This document shows positions 36,751 to 50,300 of a stretch of DNA of 59,784 nt, in pieces. The DNA is taken from NCBI GenBank assembly GCA_038496445.1, contig JALMLS010000273.1:1-59784 (forward strand), given 5' to 3'. The translations under genes were made by a program, and so were the position numbers. The notes beneath the pieces were generated by a model that saw nothing but the letters and a program-made list of their open reading frames with translations, did no database searches and was not told the origin of the DNA. Origin of the DNA: Trichosphaerium sp. ATCC 40318 (Eukaryota > Protista > Tubulinea). Positions within the stretch are counted from its first letter, which is position 1; each line of letters opens with the position of its first letter.

Positions 36751-37205
36751 ACCAGTTGTAATAAAAAATAAACATTAATTGTTAGTAAAGAGAAACCGTT
36801 CTAGTATTCAAACTGTGGGTAACAGTGACTTGGAATCTTTGAGGCGTTTGTACTGTCGCTACTGAAGTAGAGGTTTGAATCATGATTTCACACAATGTAG
36901 GTATGATACTATACTTGTAGATGCATAAATTATTTAGTGATCGGTTCTTACTGTGATGAGAAAAAGTAGTGACAGGCAATGCAATTTTTTTCAGTTTGGA
37001 CTGAATGATAACTACTCAAAAGCGATGGCCCTATCACTACTTTGTGATACCCATGATTGTTATTGACATATACAGTATCTACCGTTGAATCTATCTTGTA
37101 ATCACATTATTGGTTTATGTATCTTGCTATCACAATAATGGTTAACTTGGTTTCAGTGAATCAAAGTTCGGTTTTCAAACACTTACAAACTAACCACCAA
37201 CAACA

Positions 37206-39474
37206 ATGGCTGAATTAGAAACACCAAATAATAATATTGCTATCGTAGCTACGTCTGAGTACAACCAGATCGATTTTACGGCAAAGAAAAGTGCGAAATT
37301 AAATATTTAACGAATCCGCTTTTCAATACATTAAATACGTGTAGATGTTACCTTTATGTGCACTCTGAACGCTCCACAAACTGAAAACATTGCCAGAGAT
37401 TCCAGGGCCGCAATAGACCTTGTAGCCGTAGTAGATAAGGTAAATATACCGTAGGTAAACTATTGAAGCTAATACTAAGACCAGAGCTCGAGCATGAAGG
37501 GAGAAAAAATGAAACTCGTTCAAGTACGCCTACAACAAGCCATTGCTTCGTATTTTACAAAGTATGCTTTGAAAAAACCGTTATTAATAGTGTTTCAAGG
37601 AAACCTTCACTTCGTTGTTCAACAGTTAAAAGCAGAAGACGGATTCAGTATTGTTAGTTATGATGCTAAACCAAAAGTAGAACTTCCATTAAAGAAGATG
37701 ACGAAAGAAAACAAGGTACATCTAAAGGAGCTATGACTTTGCGGCGGAACACGCTTTTTTATACCTATTGAAAATCACGTGTTCCTCATTTTGTGTTAAG
37801 GAGCTGGCACGTGATGCTATAAAAAATATGAAAGTAGGTAGTATGACCAATATGAGCGGAGGTCTGTTAATGGGCATCAGTCAGCTGATCAATAGAGAGA
37901 AAGGGTACTTCAAAAAACGACTTGATAAAAAAAATTAATCACAAAATCCAAGGAAAGGAAACGATGTCTCTACTATTATAGTGTTTACAGATGGCAAGGC
38001 TAATGTTGGTATACGTAGCAAGTACGAAATAGAGTTTTTGGTAACACACTAGCTAATTTCTTTACAACAAAAGAGAATTGATTGCTAGAGCAGTAGAAAA
38101 CACAACAAAGGATATTGATGGTGTTTGCAGCATTTTTTGTATGGGATTTGGTTCAGACCATTCTCAGCAGATGTTGAGGTTTAGTAACTTGAATAACCAT
38201 TATTTAAATACTAACTATTATACAGAAGCATATCTGAAGCTGGTAATGGCATGTACTATTTCATAGGTACGAACCATCTTCGAAATCATAAGCTAGTTTT
38301 TTTTGGCAACGGTTTAACTTTTTCTTTGTTTTAGAACATCAAGATGATATTCCGGAAAGTTTCGGAGATTGTGTTGGCGGTTTACTATCCATAGTCGCTC
38401 AAAATCTAAAGTTAACAGTAACAGTACGTGAATTAAAAAGTAGAAAACAGGGAAAACTGCATATTACAGTGAGTTTGAAGGGTCACATTTTTTACGTAGG
38501 CTGTTGGTGATTGCAAACTCCAAAAAGTTCTAACAACGTACCCAAGTACACTGGTAAACGATGTAGGCATAGTAGAACTTCATGATTTATATAGCGAGGA
38601 GGTACAATACTAAAAACTCTTCTCTCAACATGGATTCGTTAATTTATTATCATTTTAGTCACGTGATTTAATGTTTACAGCATGTCTTCCTGAAGCAACA
38701 ACATTAACAGAAGCCCAAGAAGTACTTGAATATAAATTAGAGTACTTCAGCGTGCTTTCCTGCTCAATGGAAGTTGTCAAGTCAACGGCAACCATTAAAC
38801 GTGCGGTTTCTTCTTCACAAAAAAAATTACTCGATTGAGAAAACTAATGTTGGTGAAGGTACTTCTTCACTACCTCCAGGATCCACAGTCGTAAGTTATT
38901 TTACTAGATAATCATAGACTTTTTCTTACACCTCTTTTTAGACGGATTATTTCGTTGATAGACAAAAAAATCGGTTGGCTGCTGCAGAAGCACTTGAAAA
39001 TGTACGCTTTCTATCAACTTTACCAAGGTACTAAATTAATGATATGTTTAGGCTCGTAAAGTAGGCGATGATGGCGATCTTGCAGCTGCGAGGAAGATTC
39101 TTAACGTTGCTTTAACATCGATAAAACAGTCGATTTCTTCAAAAGATGAGCTTTGTAAAGGGTACGCTTTTTACAATCATGTCTTACGTCACTGTTTATC
39201 TTCTGACTGTATTTTTAGAATGATTAATGACCTTGAGGATTGCTTATTAGATATGCAAGATAAAAGACAGTATGGAAAAGCATCTAAAAAGATGGCATGG
39301 AAAGGTATGTTTTTTTTTACTTTGAGATCTTATTTTATTCTTAACTTTATTTCAGGACAAATTCATGGTAGACAACGTTGTGCTTATGGTGCGGGAACAA
39401 GACATTATACCAATAAGGCAAAGACAAAGCTTAGAAGTGATATGAAAAGTCACTTTTCAAAGGAACATAAATAA
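37206..39474 (+). CDS. von Willebrand factor A domain protein with a Vwaint-like C-terminus
   Basis: IDLVAVVDK|SSSMKGEKMKLVQ (MIDAS DxSxS), GSMTNMSGGL, IIVFTDGKANVG, FCMGFGSDH, FGDCVGGLLSIVAQN. Confidence 0.85.
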
Positions 39475-40223
39475 GAGACAATAAAAAACTTAGTTGACTT
39501 TCTTCTTCTTTCTTGTAACTTGAAAAGTACTCACTCGAAATTGACTTTTTGAAGTTGTTAGGAGCGCTTCTGGAACTTATGACTTGGTGAGGGTATTTGT
39601 AGTGAGTGCTATTGAATGGGTGCATTTTAGAGGTGCTTAGGCTAAAGAAGAAGATAAACATCAGTTAGAAACCTCTCTTTCTCCTACACATCTTAAGAAA
39701 CCGTATACAAAACCCTCAGAATTTTCATAGAACACTCAAACTATGTGTTTTTTTTTCATTTGGAAAAATATTGCAGCTCCTTTCATCTGTGAAGAATAAG
39801 GAAGTAAGTTTTGGACAAATACAGGTCATAAAAAAAAATGTACTCGTTTTTTTTACCACTGTTGAACACAGTTGACTCATGTATTGTGTTAATGATTTTA
39901 TTTAATTACTTATTATTAAGAATGCTGCCTAGTCCCAATTCTATAGTACACAAGGTATCAGAATATTTTTACAAATGTTGGGGTTTTAATTTAAAAGTGT
40001 CCGCCGTTTATATGTAGTACTTCTACACGCGCAGAACAGTGTTGTATACTTTTAAAGTTACAAAAGTATCCCCAACGCACAGGCAAAATTATAACAAATA
40101 AGCGAAATGTCTGAATAGCATACTAGTTTGGTTAAGCGCTAGCGAAAAGTTGCAAGATTTGTTATGATTTTGCATTTCGGACACTAAAGTGATAATGAAC
40201 ATATGAACTAACAATATATATAG

Positions 40224-41300
40224 AGATTTACTGCTCAATCAGACGAGTGCCATTTATTAAACCTCCCACTTGAGATTCAGCTTGATATAATTGATTTGGA
40301 CTCATTTGCGTATTTAGTTTGGCCACTTATGTCGAAACAGGCGGCTATGACCACAAGGTTTGACGATGAGATGAACAAGCATGGAAAATGGCAGGTACAT
40401 ATCAATAACATGCTTGTAAAGCAAACCTACTGGAAACATGGTGTACAACATGGAGAGTGCAAGGAATGGTATGACAATGGCCAATTGTTTGACCAGCAGA
40501 ATTACATAAATGATAAGGAATATGGAGAATACAAGGGATGGCATGAAAATGGCCAATTGTGCGCGCAATGTATTTACATCAATGGTAAGAGAGATGGAGA
40601 ATACAAGGAATGGCATGAAAATGGCCAATTGAAAGAGCAGTGTATTTACATCAATGATAAGAGAGATGGAGAATACAAGGAATGGCATAACAATGGCCAA
40701 TTGTGGGTGCAGTGTATTTACATCAATGGTAAGATAGATGGAGAATACATGTCTTGGTATGACAGTGGCCAATTATCTCGCCAGCAGTATTATATCAATG
40801 GCAAAATTGAAGGAGTATACATGAAATGGCGTAGGTATGGTCAATTATGGTGCCAGGCTAATTACATCAGTGGTGAAGTAGAAGGAGAATTCAAGCTATG
40901 GTATGATAATGGCCAATTGGAAGAGCAGTGTAATTACGTCAGTGGGGATTACACCGATGGTAAGAGAGAAGGAGAATACAAGAAATGGCATTACAATGGC
41001 CAATTGTGGGTGCAGTGTATTTACATCAATGGTAAGAGAGAAGGTGAATTCAAGAAATGGTATGGCAATGGTCAATTGTGGTGCCAGGGTAATTACATCA
41101 ATGGTAAGAGAGAAGGAGAATTCAAGAGATGGTATGATAATGGCCAATTGTGGGAGCAGTGTAATTACATCAATGGTAAGCTAGAAAGAGAATACATGAA
41201 ATGGTGTGACAATGGCGAATTCTCGTTTCTATGTTATTACGTCAATGGGAGTAAAAAGGATAACACCAAAAAAGGTCAATTGTGGGTGCAATATGATTAG
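40224..41300 (+). CDS. F-box-like + MORN-variant repeat protein (main exon; first exon not located)
   Basis: In-frame LLNLPLEIQLDII upstream of the called ORF, preceded by CTAAC...TAG (branch/acceptor), then about 11 repeats of GKREGEYKEWYDNGQLWEQCNYIN. Confidence 0.82.
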   Translation, partial: RFTAQSDECHLLNLPLEIQLDIIDLDSFAYLVWPLMSKQAAMTTRFDDEMNKHGKWQVHINNMLVKQTYWKHGVQHGECKEWYDNGQLFDQQNYINDKEYGEYKGWHENGQLCAQCIYINGKRDGEYKEWHENGQLKEQCIYINDKRDGEYKEWHNNGQLWVQCIYINGKIDGEYMSWYDSGQLSRQQYYINGKIEGVYMKWRRYGQLWCQANYISGEVEGEFKLWYDNGQLEEQCNYVSGDYTDGKREGEYKKWHYNGQLWVQCIYINGKREGEFKKWYGNGQLWCQGNYINGKREGEFKRWYDNGQLWEQCNYINGKLEREYMKWCDNGEFSFLCYYVNGSKKDNTKKGQLWVQYD

Positions 41301-41820
41301 TAGGAATTTGTTGTTGGACGTCACAATGCACACATGAGACAAGATGGTAGGTTATTTTAAATAAAGTTCACCTAAGAATCAATTCTTTATATTTCCTTTC
41401 GCAAAGTTACATGCATCTTGCAGCTACCGCTTAATACACTTCTTATCTTTATCTTTCTTTGCTTAAGCCCAACTTTCACATTCGAAAATGTGACTTCTCG
41501 TGTATCACTCAAGTGTACACTTCGGCACTATCCATCCGTGATGTATGCAACTCAACAATGAATGGTCCTTTAACAAGCCAAAAACAATGTTGTCTAACAT
41601 CGACACATATTATTGTAGTAAAAGTGTTTGGTTAAATATGTTGCAGATAGATTTGTCTGAAAAATCCAAAAAGGAACAATTTGAAGCAGAACGCATTTAT
41701 TATTTGGGTTCTTATCTCTTTTTCAAGACGAAGACATCTGAACCTGATGTTCACTTTTTGGAATGTTGTTATACAAATAAAACTACTTTTAACTACTACG
41801 GTTGTAGAGCAATTACAATT

Positions 41821-42531
41821 TTAGTAAGTACTTTTTAGCATAACAACTTTGTCTTTGTCTTTCTTTTTCAATGGCACTATCAATCCAGTAACTCTTCCAT
41901 TAATCTTATCAATCACGGCTCTATATGTCACGTGATTATTACATTTATTGAAAGGTTCAGGTTCTTCCACTTCAGCTTCAGTACCGGAAGGGTCTTCTTC
42001 ACTGTCCCAGTATTCCTTTTCATCTCTTGTTTGCTTTTCATGAGTTTTTACTACCCACCCCTTTTTCTTCTTCCTTGATAATCTCCACGTTCCTATTTTT
42101 TTTATTAGTTTTTTGAGAATTACTTCCACAATGTGTGGTATGTATCTGGTACCTTTAGTCATGGTACCCTTACGATAGTTTATGTCTGTATATGTATCGT
42201 ACACAAAGGTTCCGTCTTTTTTGAGAGTTATAAAGAAAGTTTGCCTTGGTCTTACTTTTGTGCATCTTTCCACTTTTATATCTCGAGTTAAACGGTAGTA
42301 AACAGCTTCGGAGCTATTTTCATAAAAGAGCATTGAAGAATAGTGGGCGTAAGCACAAAGCCAACTCGTTGACGTCTTTTTTAGAACAACAGGCCATATT
42401 TGCAACGTTTTACGCATATCGTTGCTTGTAGCAACCATATTCCAGTGTTTATTGACAATTGAAGCTGTTAGGAGCTCATTTGGTTCTAAATAGCCGAATA
42501 TTAATATCAAGCTATCGTGATCTAGTGACAT
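41821..42531 (-). CDS. Intronless F-box protein with a basic C-terminal region
   Basis: MSLDHDSLILIFGYLEPNELLTASIVNKHWNMVATSNDM matches the F-box pattern; uninterrupted ORF. Confidence 0.7.
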   Translation of the reverse strand: MSLDHDSLILIFGYLEPNELLTASIVNKHWNMVATSNDMRKTLQIWPVVLKKTSTSWLCAYAHYSSMLFYENSSEAVYYRLTRDIKVERCTKVRPRQTFFITLKKDGTFVYDTYTDINYRKGTMTKGTRYIPHIVEVILKKLIKKIGTWRLSRKKKKGWVVKTHEKQTRDEKEYWDSEEDPSGTEAEVEEPEPFNKCNNHVTYRAVIDKINGRVTGLIVPLKKKDKDKVVMLKSTY

Positions 42532-43339
42532 AGCGTGTAATTTGGTAATAGTCTTTAAATAACTACAGCCGACCGACTTAAACAACGACCGTTAAGGACT
42601 TTCACTGAATCCGATTTAATGTGGTCCTAAACGTTCTTTTATGCACACTTTTTCAAACAAATCAACCAGCGCTACAAACTTCAATCACGTTAAAACACTT
42701 GAACTTCGATTGGTTTCATTAGAAAACTGTGCGAGGCAAAAAATCCGAATATCTGCGAGTTTTCTTTGTGAATACGCCAAAAAATGACAACAAACTGTAC
42801 CAGTCTGTAGCACTTTTGACAAGATGCTTGTATGTATCTAAGATTCAAAAAGTGTCATTCCAATTGTCAAACAACTTGGCATTTAGGTCCAATAAAGAGC
42901 TCCCAAGGCTGTCAAACTCAATTTTAGATTGGTCAACATTGTCAATATAAGGGAGACGCGCTTGGGAGGAAACACTCTCAGTCTTTGGTGGCTCTAGCGT
43001 AGCCGCACTAGTGGATTTATTCTACATTCACACTCGTGTGATTGCAAATGTGTTTGAAGGAATAATTAAAAACAATTTTTTGCATAAAAAAAAAAAACGA
43101 TTTTAGGGAGGGTGAGGGGATGTTTGATTGCTACTCGCCATTGTCGTTGTTGTTGCCTATTGTGTTCCTTCGATATTGACAGTTTTGTTCAGTACAACAT
43201 AACGCTTGAAATGTTCCACATATTCATTCAAAACCAATTACGCCCACAGGATATTAAATCAAGATAAACTTGCCAAAGCTAACTAGCGACTCTTCGCAGC
43301 TGTAAGAAGCGACCGTTCACTTACTTTTAGCATTTTAGC

Positions 43340-43930
43340 GAGTCCTGATTTTACTTCCCAGGTAAATAAGAGTTGAGATGTCTTAGTTAATAACGCTTGT
43401 TTAGGCAGTGAAAGCACTACCATGGACAAATTGGCACCAGATATAAACTTGTTAGAACCGCTCCGTGCATTTGTTCTTAAAAACAACAAACCTACCTGCG
43501 GAACGTGCGCAGGCATGACCATGCTGGTGAATGAGCTAGAACAAGGTCGACAAAAGGGTCAATCACTGGCACGTGTGATAACACTTAACTCGGCACCTTG
43601 AATCAGTGCTTCAGCTAAACTACTTTTAGATTGGTGGGTATCAAGAAACCATTTTGGTAAACAGCTGCAAAGCTTCAGCTGTAAGCTCAATCCACAGAAG
43701 ATATAAGCAAAGCATAGACGTACGCATTGTTCTTTCGATTGCGCCTTAATTTTTTTCTAGTTTTCGGACGCCATATTTATTCGGCGCCATGTGTGACAGC
43801 TGTCCTTGATTCCAAAGCAGTAAAAGTGCTCGCAACGCTACCAGAAAGCGCAGCTATTGTAGCAGTGCAACAAGGAGGAATGCTTGCTATGGCTTCCATC
43901 CTGAGCGCCTCTAATGCCTGGCAACTAACA
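43340..43930 (+). pseudogene. PDX2: Decayed PLP synthase glutaminase subunit (PDX2/SNO)
   Basis: LILLP(G)|SESTTM, KPTCGTCAGM, KGQSL, RNHFGKQLQSF, AIFIR/AP and IVAVQQGGML..FHPE. Frameshifts at FIRAP and AFHPE, plus substitutions in conserved motifs. No N-terminal exon found. Confidence 0.8.
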
Positions 43931-44209
43931 CTTTGTAAATATCGTAAATCAACACAAGAAGGCGTGACGCACAAGACAAGAACTAATGTACAAAACTGGA
44001 CAAACAGGAACTCACCTTTAGAGAAAAGGCGAATTATAGCTATTTTCTTATCATCACACCCGAGGCCACCCACAATACAACAAACGGAGAGTTAGTTACT
44101 TAAATAAAGAATTAAGTCGGACTTTCCAATTGTAAAATTTTTGAGCTAGACACCAGTTACTACAGGAACTCTGTGTTTAATTTATTCAGTAACTCAAATA
44201 TATACACAA

Positions 44210-46015
44210 ATGGCGGATAACGAAGAGTGCGGCAACTATGAAGCTAGCGAGTACCCTGACACGTGGGAACATGGCTATTTTACTAATTTCAAAAGTCGAA
44301 CACCCACTAAATCACCGTAGGCTCTCTGGATCAATCAGAGAAGATTTGGACACACCAGATTATGAAGTACGATATTTATTGTCAGTGTTTTGCGTATGGT
44401 TTAAAACGTTAAACGTTTCATAAAAGGATGACCAAGACAATGCGCCAAAACCAACTAGAACGCCACCAAAACGTGGTGCACGTGATTTAGTTACGGAGCA
44501 CAATGTGCCCCAGCCTCATAATTGTGATGACGATGTGCCACCACAACACGTTGATCCTCGTCCTGTAGCCTACACAGAAGCTAGACAGCGTGGCCCTCCA
44601 TCGAGGGTTGGGAGGTACGAACACCTTGATTGCTTGTTTTCTTTTCGTTTTTGGAAGAGAGCCTGTCTTACAGCCCGCATCCAGGTCACGCATAGCACCG
44701 GGAGAAATAAGAAGTCGTACCATTGAGGTTGAGGTAAGCATGTTGATGGATCACGCATGTAGTGGAGACATAAAGGCCCGCGGCTACCTCGACACTAAAA
44801 TAAGTACGCAAATGTGGTTATTATTTATTCACAGCTTCAAATACCAACTCATTTCTAGAACGTAAAATCCACGATATGTTATACCTCCTCGATCCTCTCA
44901 TTAATATTGACGCGGTAAAGTTTAACGCCTGTGTTTACTAGTACTTGTGCTTATTGCTAGTAGGTCCTAAATTCTCCTGAGCTAGAAGCACTCCGCATGA
45001 TGCTCGCTGGTCTACCTCCGCAAATCATACAACACACTATAAACAAACAGTTTGGAAACGGTAAACCAAAAACTTTCAACAAGGAAGTCCCTCGTCCAAA
45101 CTCATACTCTGTTAAAAAAAGGTAGCGAGATATGGCCTGGCGTAGAACGTGTAATTCAAGAAGAAAATCCAAGAGATTACTCAGAGTACCTGCGGAGGTA
45201 TTTGTACAAACGGTACTGGGAACGTGGTGGCCCCATTGACAGCCTAGCACGCCTTGCACCTCAAGGCACGCCAAGAGGAACACCAAAGGTACCCTTTTGA
45301 GAACGGGATTTGTTCAAAACCTGCTTCATTCCGTACTTGTGCGCTGATATGTCCACCAAAAAGTCAGGTATTGATCCTTACAAAGCGCCAGATGGAACGA
45401 TAGACTTTTCACTTTCAGCAACAGGAGGTTCTGGTAGGGATTTGAGAGTGCGCTTACAGTTTAGTTTCTTGAGTATGTTTAGAACCTAACAGCTTACAAC
45501 AGATACCAGCTATTGACGTTTCCCGAGGTCAGAATTCTGTACGTGTTGTTGCAGATATGATTGACTAACTTGTTGTGGGGTAGATTATGCAGAAAGAAGT
45601 TGCTTTCAAAAAGAAGAGAGTAACTTTACCTGAAGGTGGTGACGTTACGTTCTGGCAGCTTCATAGCACGACCCACAATGCGCCTTACTACCTAAACGAT
45701 GTACGGTGGATTACCCTCCGCTCAATGCTTTTACTAACTAGTTCTCAAAAAAAGGCGTGCTTACTGTACCTTAAATCGCGTAACCTCGTCGGCAAACGCA
45801 TGTGGATACATGGCAAAGTCAAGCGTGTCGATACGGTGACTGCAAAAATTGGTAATTGCTATGGTACGTGTAGTAGGAATCATTCAGCATGACATAAAAC
45901 TGTAACATTGCACGCTTACATAATATCTAGATCTAGTGCCGTCTTCAAAGGTATTTATAGTATCCATAAACTTTCCGACAAGACCGAGTCTAGTCAAGCA
46001 ACAACCCCTCGCTGA
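44210..46015 (+). pseudogene. Hypothetical multi-exon gene, apparently disrupted
   Basis: Coding-like exons with GT-AG borders (e.g. LNSPELEALRMMLAGLPPQII, EENPRDYSEYLRRYLYKRYWERGG), a frameshift near 45115-45120 and an in-frame TGA at 45298. No family recognised. Confidence 0.35.
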
Positions 46016-46189
46016 CGCTTTGCTGTAACTCTTGTTTACAACATGTGTGCAACCCTCTTGTCAAAATCACAATGGATTAGCTGAGGGCCGCCTTGTTCGT
46101 TCTGTATCAATAATAATAAAATTCTTAGTCACTCTACAGAAAATAAAGAAAAAATGCGCAAATTGCATGATTTTGTTCGTACTTGACAC

Positions 46190-46320
46190 TCTGTAGTCGG
46201 TGCTTTGGTGAAATATTTACAAACATGAGGCACTTAGAATGCCCTCCAAGTGAGAACTGTAATCGTTTTGTGAGAGATGACTTTCTGAAAGGAACATAGC
46301 TCGCTTTGTTTGCTACAAAA
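46190..46320 (-). pseudogene. Isolated kinesin motor-domain fragment (kinesin-14-like C-terminal part)
   Basis: [36 protein letters not shown] resembles [29 protein letters not shown]. No P-loop or switch exons seen nearby. Confidence 0.72.
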
Positions 46321-47399
46321 ATAACTTCAGAATATCTCAACAGCATGCCATACTTGAAAACTAATGCAACAACCACAAAATGATGAGGTACTTACCAAGG
46401 GCCCTTCCGATACTATTGATGTAAGCAATTACTATCATATTACAACAATGTCTTCAATTACTAGTTGGTATAACAAAATAATTTGAGCCATTCACATGTG
46501 AATCAAAGATTGATGGTCATCTTCTAGATCTACTAGTACTTAGTTGATTCGTTAGTTTGCAAATAATTGTAGGCACCTTGTAGCGTTAGTTGTACATATA
46601 AGAGCAAAGGATATATTATTACATACTAGAACAAAACCTCTTTTATGAAACTTGTTTATTGATGTGATGTTGGTGTAAAAAGTAATATGGTTTTTGGGCT
46701 GCTTGGTTGTTTTTTTGAGACTACAAAAAAGGCGAACCCGCCACTTATGTCTGTGATCTGTTTGTGAAACATAGGTAACAAAAGTTTGTTTAGAATAATA
46801 GCAAAACAATATGGGTGTGGTCTTAGTTATTTTTCATAAACTTCAAGTAAGTACTTTCAACTTTAGAAAACACTTTATGTCCACACTTCCAATCTCTTGT
46901 TTGACACTCATTTGAGCCTAACACATGTAAGACCACGTGAATAACTAAGAAATAAAATACTGAAAAATTATTCATGTAAAAGTTAACACGTGATTGGAAA
47001 AAAACCGGAAATTGATTTTTCTTTGTTACGTACAGTATCGCGCTTGGGGCCATATTGGACATTGATGTTTTGCAGGCTTGTTACAATAACAACAATACTT
47101 TTGATCGTTTTGCTTAAGATACGCTGTAAGTGCATTATCATATGCTCGTTTTATTGTTTGATCACGTGGACATAATAGCATAGCTCGTCTAAAACCTTAA
47201 AGAAAAAAATGAGAAAGTTGGTCATAAAAAAAGCAATTTCAAACAAATAAATATTTTGACTAAAGCAGAACACAATTATCAACTACGTGAACAGCAATTA
47301 GTGTATGTTAAATGCTTGATTCTTAGAAAGTGATTGACATATTATTGAACCTGAAATCCTTCAAGTAGGCAAACAATACATAAAACAAAACAGTGTAAA

Positions 47400-50300
47400 A
47401 GTCAAGAAATCTAAGTTTGCTTTTCGACAAGCTTAGTAGTAGTTATGTAGTTTTGAGTGGTGATAGTTTGAACGGTATATTTTACGCTGAAAAAACTAGT
47501 ACGAGGGAAGATATAAACACGTACTTATCCAAGCTGGTGCTATTTTTTGTTGATTTTTCAAAGCAGCGCCTCTGTGATAATGTGCTTTTGCTACCGTAGA
47601 ATCCATCTTGAAAACCAGTTTACACTGTGCATCTGCAAGTGTATGTTTTGCCTAAAAATAAAAAAAAGGGAAATGAGACAAATACTGGACATTTGAATGC
47701 TCAAGCTAAAACTTTTTCATAAAATGGCAACAGATAAAAAAGTAAAAAATAAAGAAGCGAGTTGTTCGCTTTCTCAACCACCAAAATTCTTTACAAGCCT
47801 GTTATAACTAGAACATATATTTGAGCATATTGGGCTTAAAAATTGGATTGTAGGCGTTGGTTATTGGCGGACTTTACCAAAAAAACAAGTTTTTTTTGTG
47901 ATGGATTTTTTGTACGTACTATTCTGTTATAGCATAATGCACGATTACACATACATTTAACGAGCTCTTCTGATACCTGATGTTTATGAAACTGCGCTGC
48001 AGCTTTACCATACTCATCTATTGCTTTTTCATACTGCTTCTTTTTGAAGTACTGAGCGGCTACTGCTTTGAAATTCGCCTTTAAAAAAATAATAAATCAG
48101 CAACTACAACATGTGTTCTTCCGTTAAGTTATAAAATGAGCGTACACCGGATGAACAAGATATTGTTGGTCGTGCACGCGCATGATAGGTTTCTAATAAG
48201 ATCATACAAGCCCTTAAATTGTATTCTTTTGGATATCTTTGACAAGATTGTCTTACAAGTGTTCTTAGTGTATCTCCATCCTCATCTCTTGCATTCACTG
48301 GCATACCATGCCTAAAAAACATGAGCATTTCTCATACAAAAACGCTTAAGACTAGTTTTGGGTGACCATAATGTTGTACATTGAAAGTGAAAGACGTACT
48401 TTGTAAGCATATATCGCAGTAACACCCAACTTTCAAATCCTATTTTTCGCACAAAACCATTAGACTGGTACCGTTGCGCTTTTTCTTCCAAAATACGTAC
48501 CAACACACAAGTGAAGTATTGTGTTTCCTCCTTCTTTAAGTTTTAAGTTCGCACCATGCTTCAGTAGTACATCGAGAGTCTGTAAAGTAAAAAATAAGAG
48601 AAAAAAATAAGAAGAAATCTTGTTACCTTATACGCATCACTCTCTTTTCCATGTGGATGGGTTTGTGTTGCTTCTTTTTGAATACATCTCTGACACTTCT
48701 TTTTACCAATCACACAGTGATTGACTTGTGAATGAACGAGTGCAGAAATAGGAGCATGATTTTTACTTTTTTGTGTTCCTAAATTAACAATTCCTACAAA
48801 AAACTCTGTTTACTCATAATTATAAAGTCACGTGTATGCCAAGTTTTATAAACCATACCTTTTTGTTTATTGAGAAAATACTCAAGTATTTTCCAGTGTA
48901 GTTGATTTGCTGCCATGTGTACTGCAGTCCTGACAAGAAATTAAAAAAAAACTTTGGAACAAGAATCGATGTACATGTCATCGTTACTGTATAACGTCAT
49001 GCTTGCACCATTATCAACTAAATATACTGCTGTATCATAACACCTTATCAAATTTGAGTGGTGATACGGTTATATTATGTTAGAGTACCCATAATAAGAT
49101 GCATGATGTAATGCAGTCAATCCTAACAATGTGTTGGAGAATTCCACAGTTTTTTTTACAATGTTCATACCTTTAAATACTACAAGCGAATCAAAATGCT
49201 TTGGTGTCAAGTTAAATAATCTTATTGCTTTCTTAACTCTATCTACAGAATTGCTTCTAGCTGCAGAGTGAAGAGGTGACTATCTGTGGGTCAGTACGAA
49301 TAACAAAAGGTTCCCAGAAAATGTTATCTAAAGCTTTAAAGTTTTACTAAGTGTACGTCATTATTAATGATATAGCTCTCTACTTTATTCAATCCAAGCT
49401 TCCTTCCAAGGAACAAAAGAGTTTCCACACTTACAATCTAACATCACATTCAATACAAATAGGAAAAAAAAAAAAAAGAAGAAAAATTCGAAACGTCATA
49501 TAACGTACGTCTTTCTCTAACTCTGATCCTCCACAATGATCTATAGTAACACGGCACTTTACAATATGTGTATATAACGTCCTCAACCATTTTAAAGCAC
49601 CAGCAACACGTTTCCAATGACGAGCGTGTGTTTTAGCGTAGCAAACGCCATTAGTTATACTTAAACAGTCCTTATAAACTTCGCATAATCGATTACTTTT
49701 ACAAACTTTACCTTCCTTGCCAACCCATAAATTCTCCTTCGTGGGTATCCGGAAAAGGCATCAAATCAAACAAAAATAATGGAACAAGCATGTTCGTAGC
49801 AAAAGCAAATCCAGGCTAAATAGAAAGTTAGAATAATCTAACCACGAACAAAACTGTTCATTATCAGTTGTTTCTTTGTACCATAGTTGCTTCAGCACCA
49901 CGAAGTTTGAAACCAGTTAGCGCTTGTGTGTAACCTTTCAATACACAAGCTGAATCTTGGCTATCCCAAAACAAATAAATACAAACAACGTACAAAAATA
50001 GTGAAAGTTGTAAAGAAAAAAAACAAATAAAAAAAAGAGTACCAAAAGAAAGGATCGTTCTCGTTTATAAATTCTTCACATTCCTCCCATTTATTCAAAG
50101 AAAGATAGACATCAACCATATTATATCTGAAATTACAATACTGCGCATACATACCCCTACAACAATCCCACAATCAACACAAAAAAAACAAAAAGAAAAA
50201 GAAATCACGTGACATGCAAATGATAACCAAGTGTCAAGTTTCAAAAAATACTACGTACAGAATACCATCATCAAGTTCTATTAGATGTTTATACGCCTTA

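Noticed and set aside
40203-40223. ATG AAC TAA...TAG in frame with the MORN gene as a sign of a TAR=Gln code
   Set aside because: It is better explained as an intron branch point (CTAAC) and acceptor. TAA and TAG terminate the host genes normally.
40314-41184. Overlapping alternative-frame ORFs on the MORN repeats
   Set aside because: They are periodic artefacts of the 72-bp repeat.
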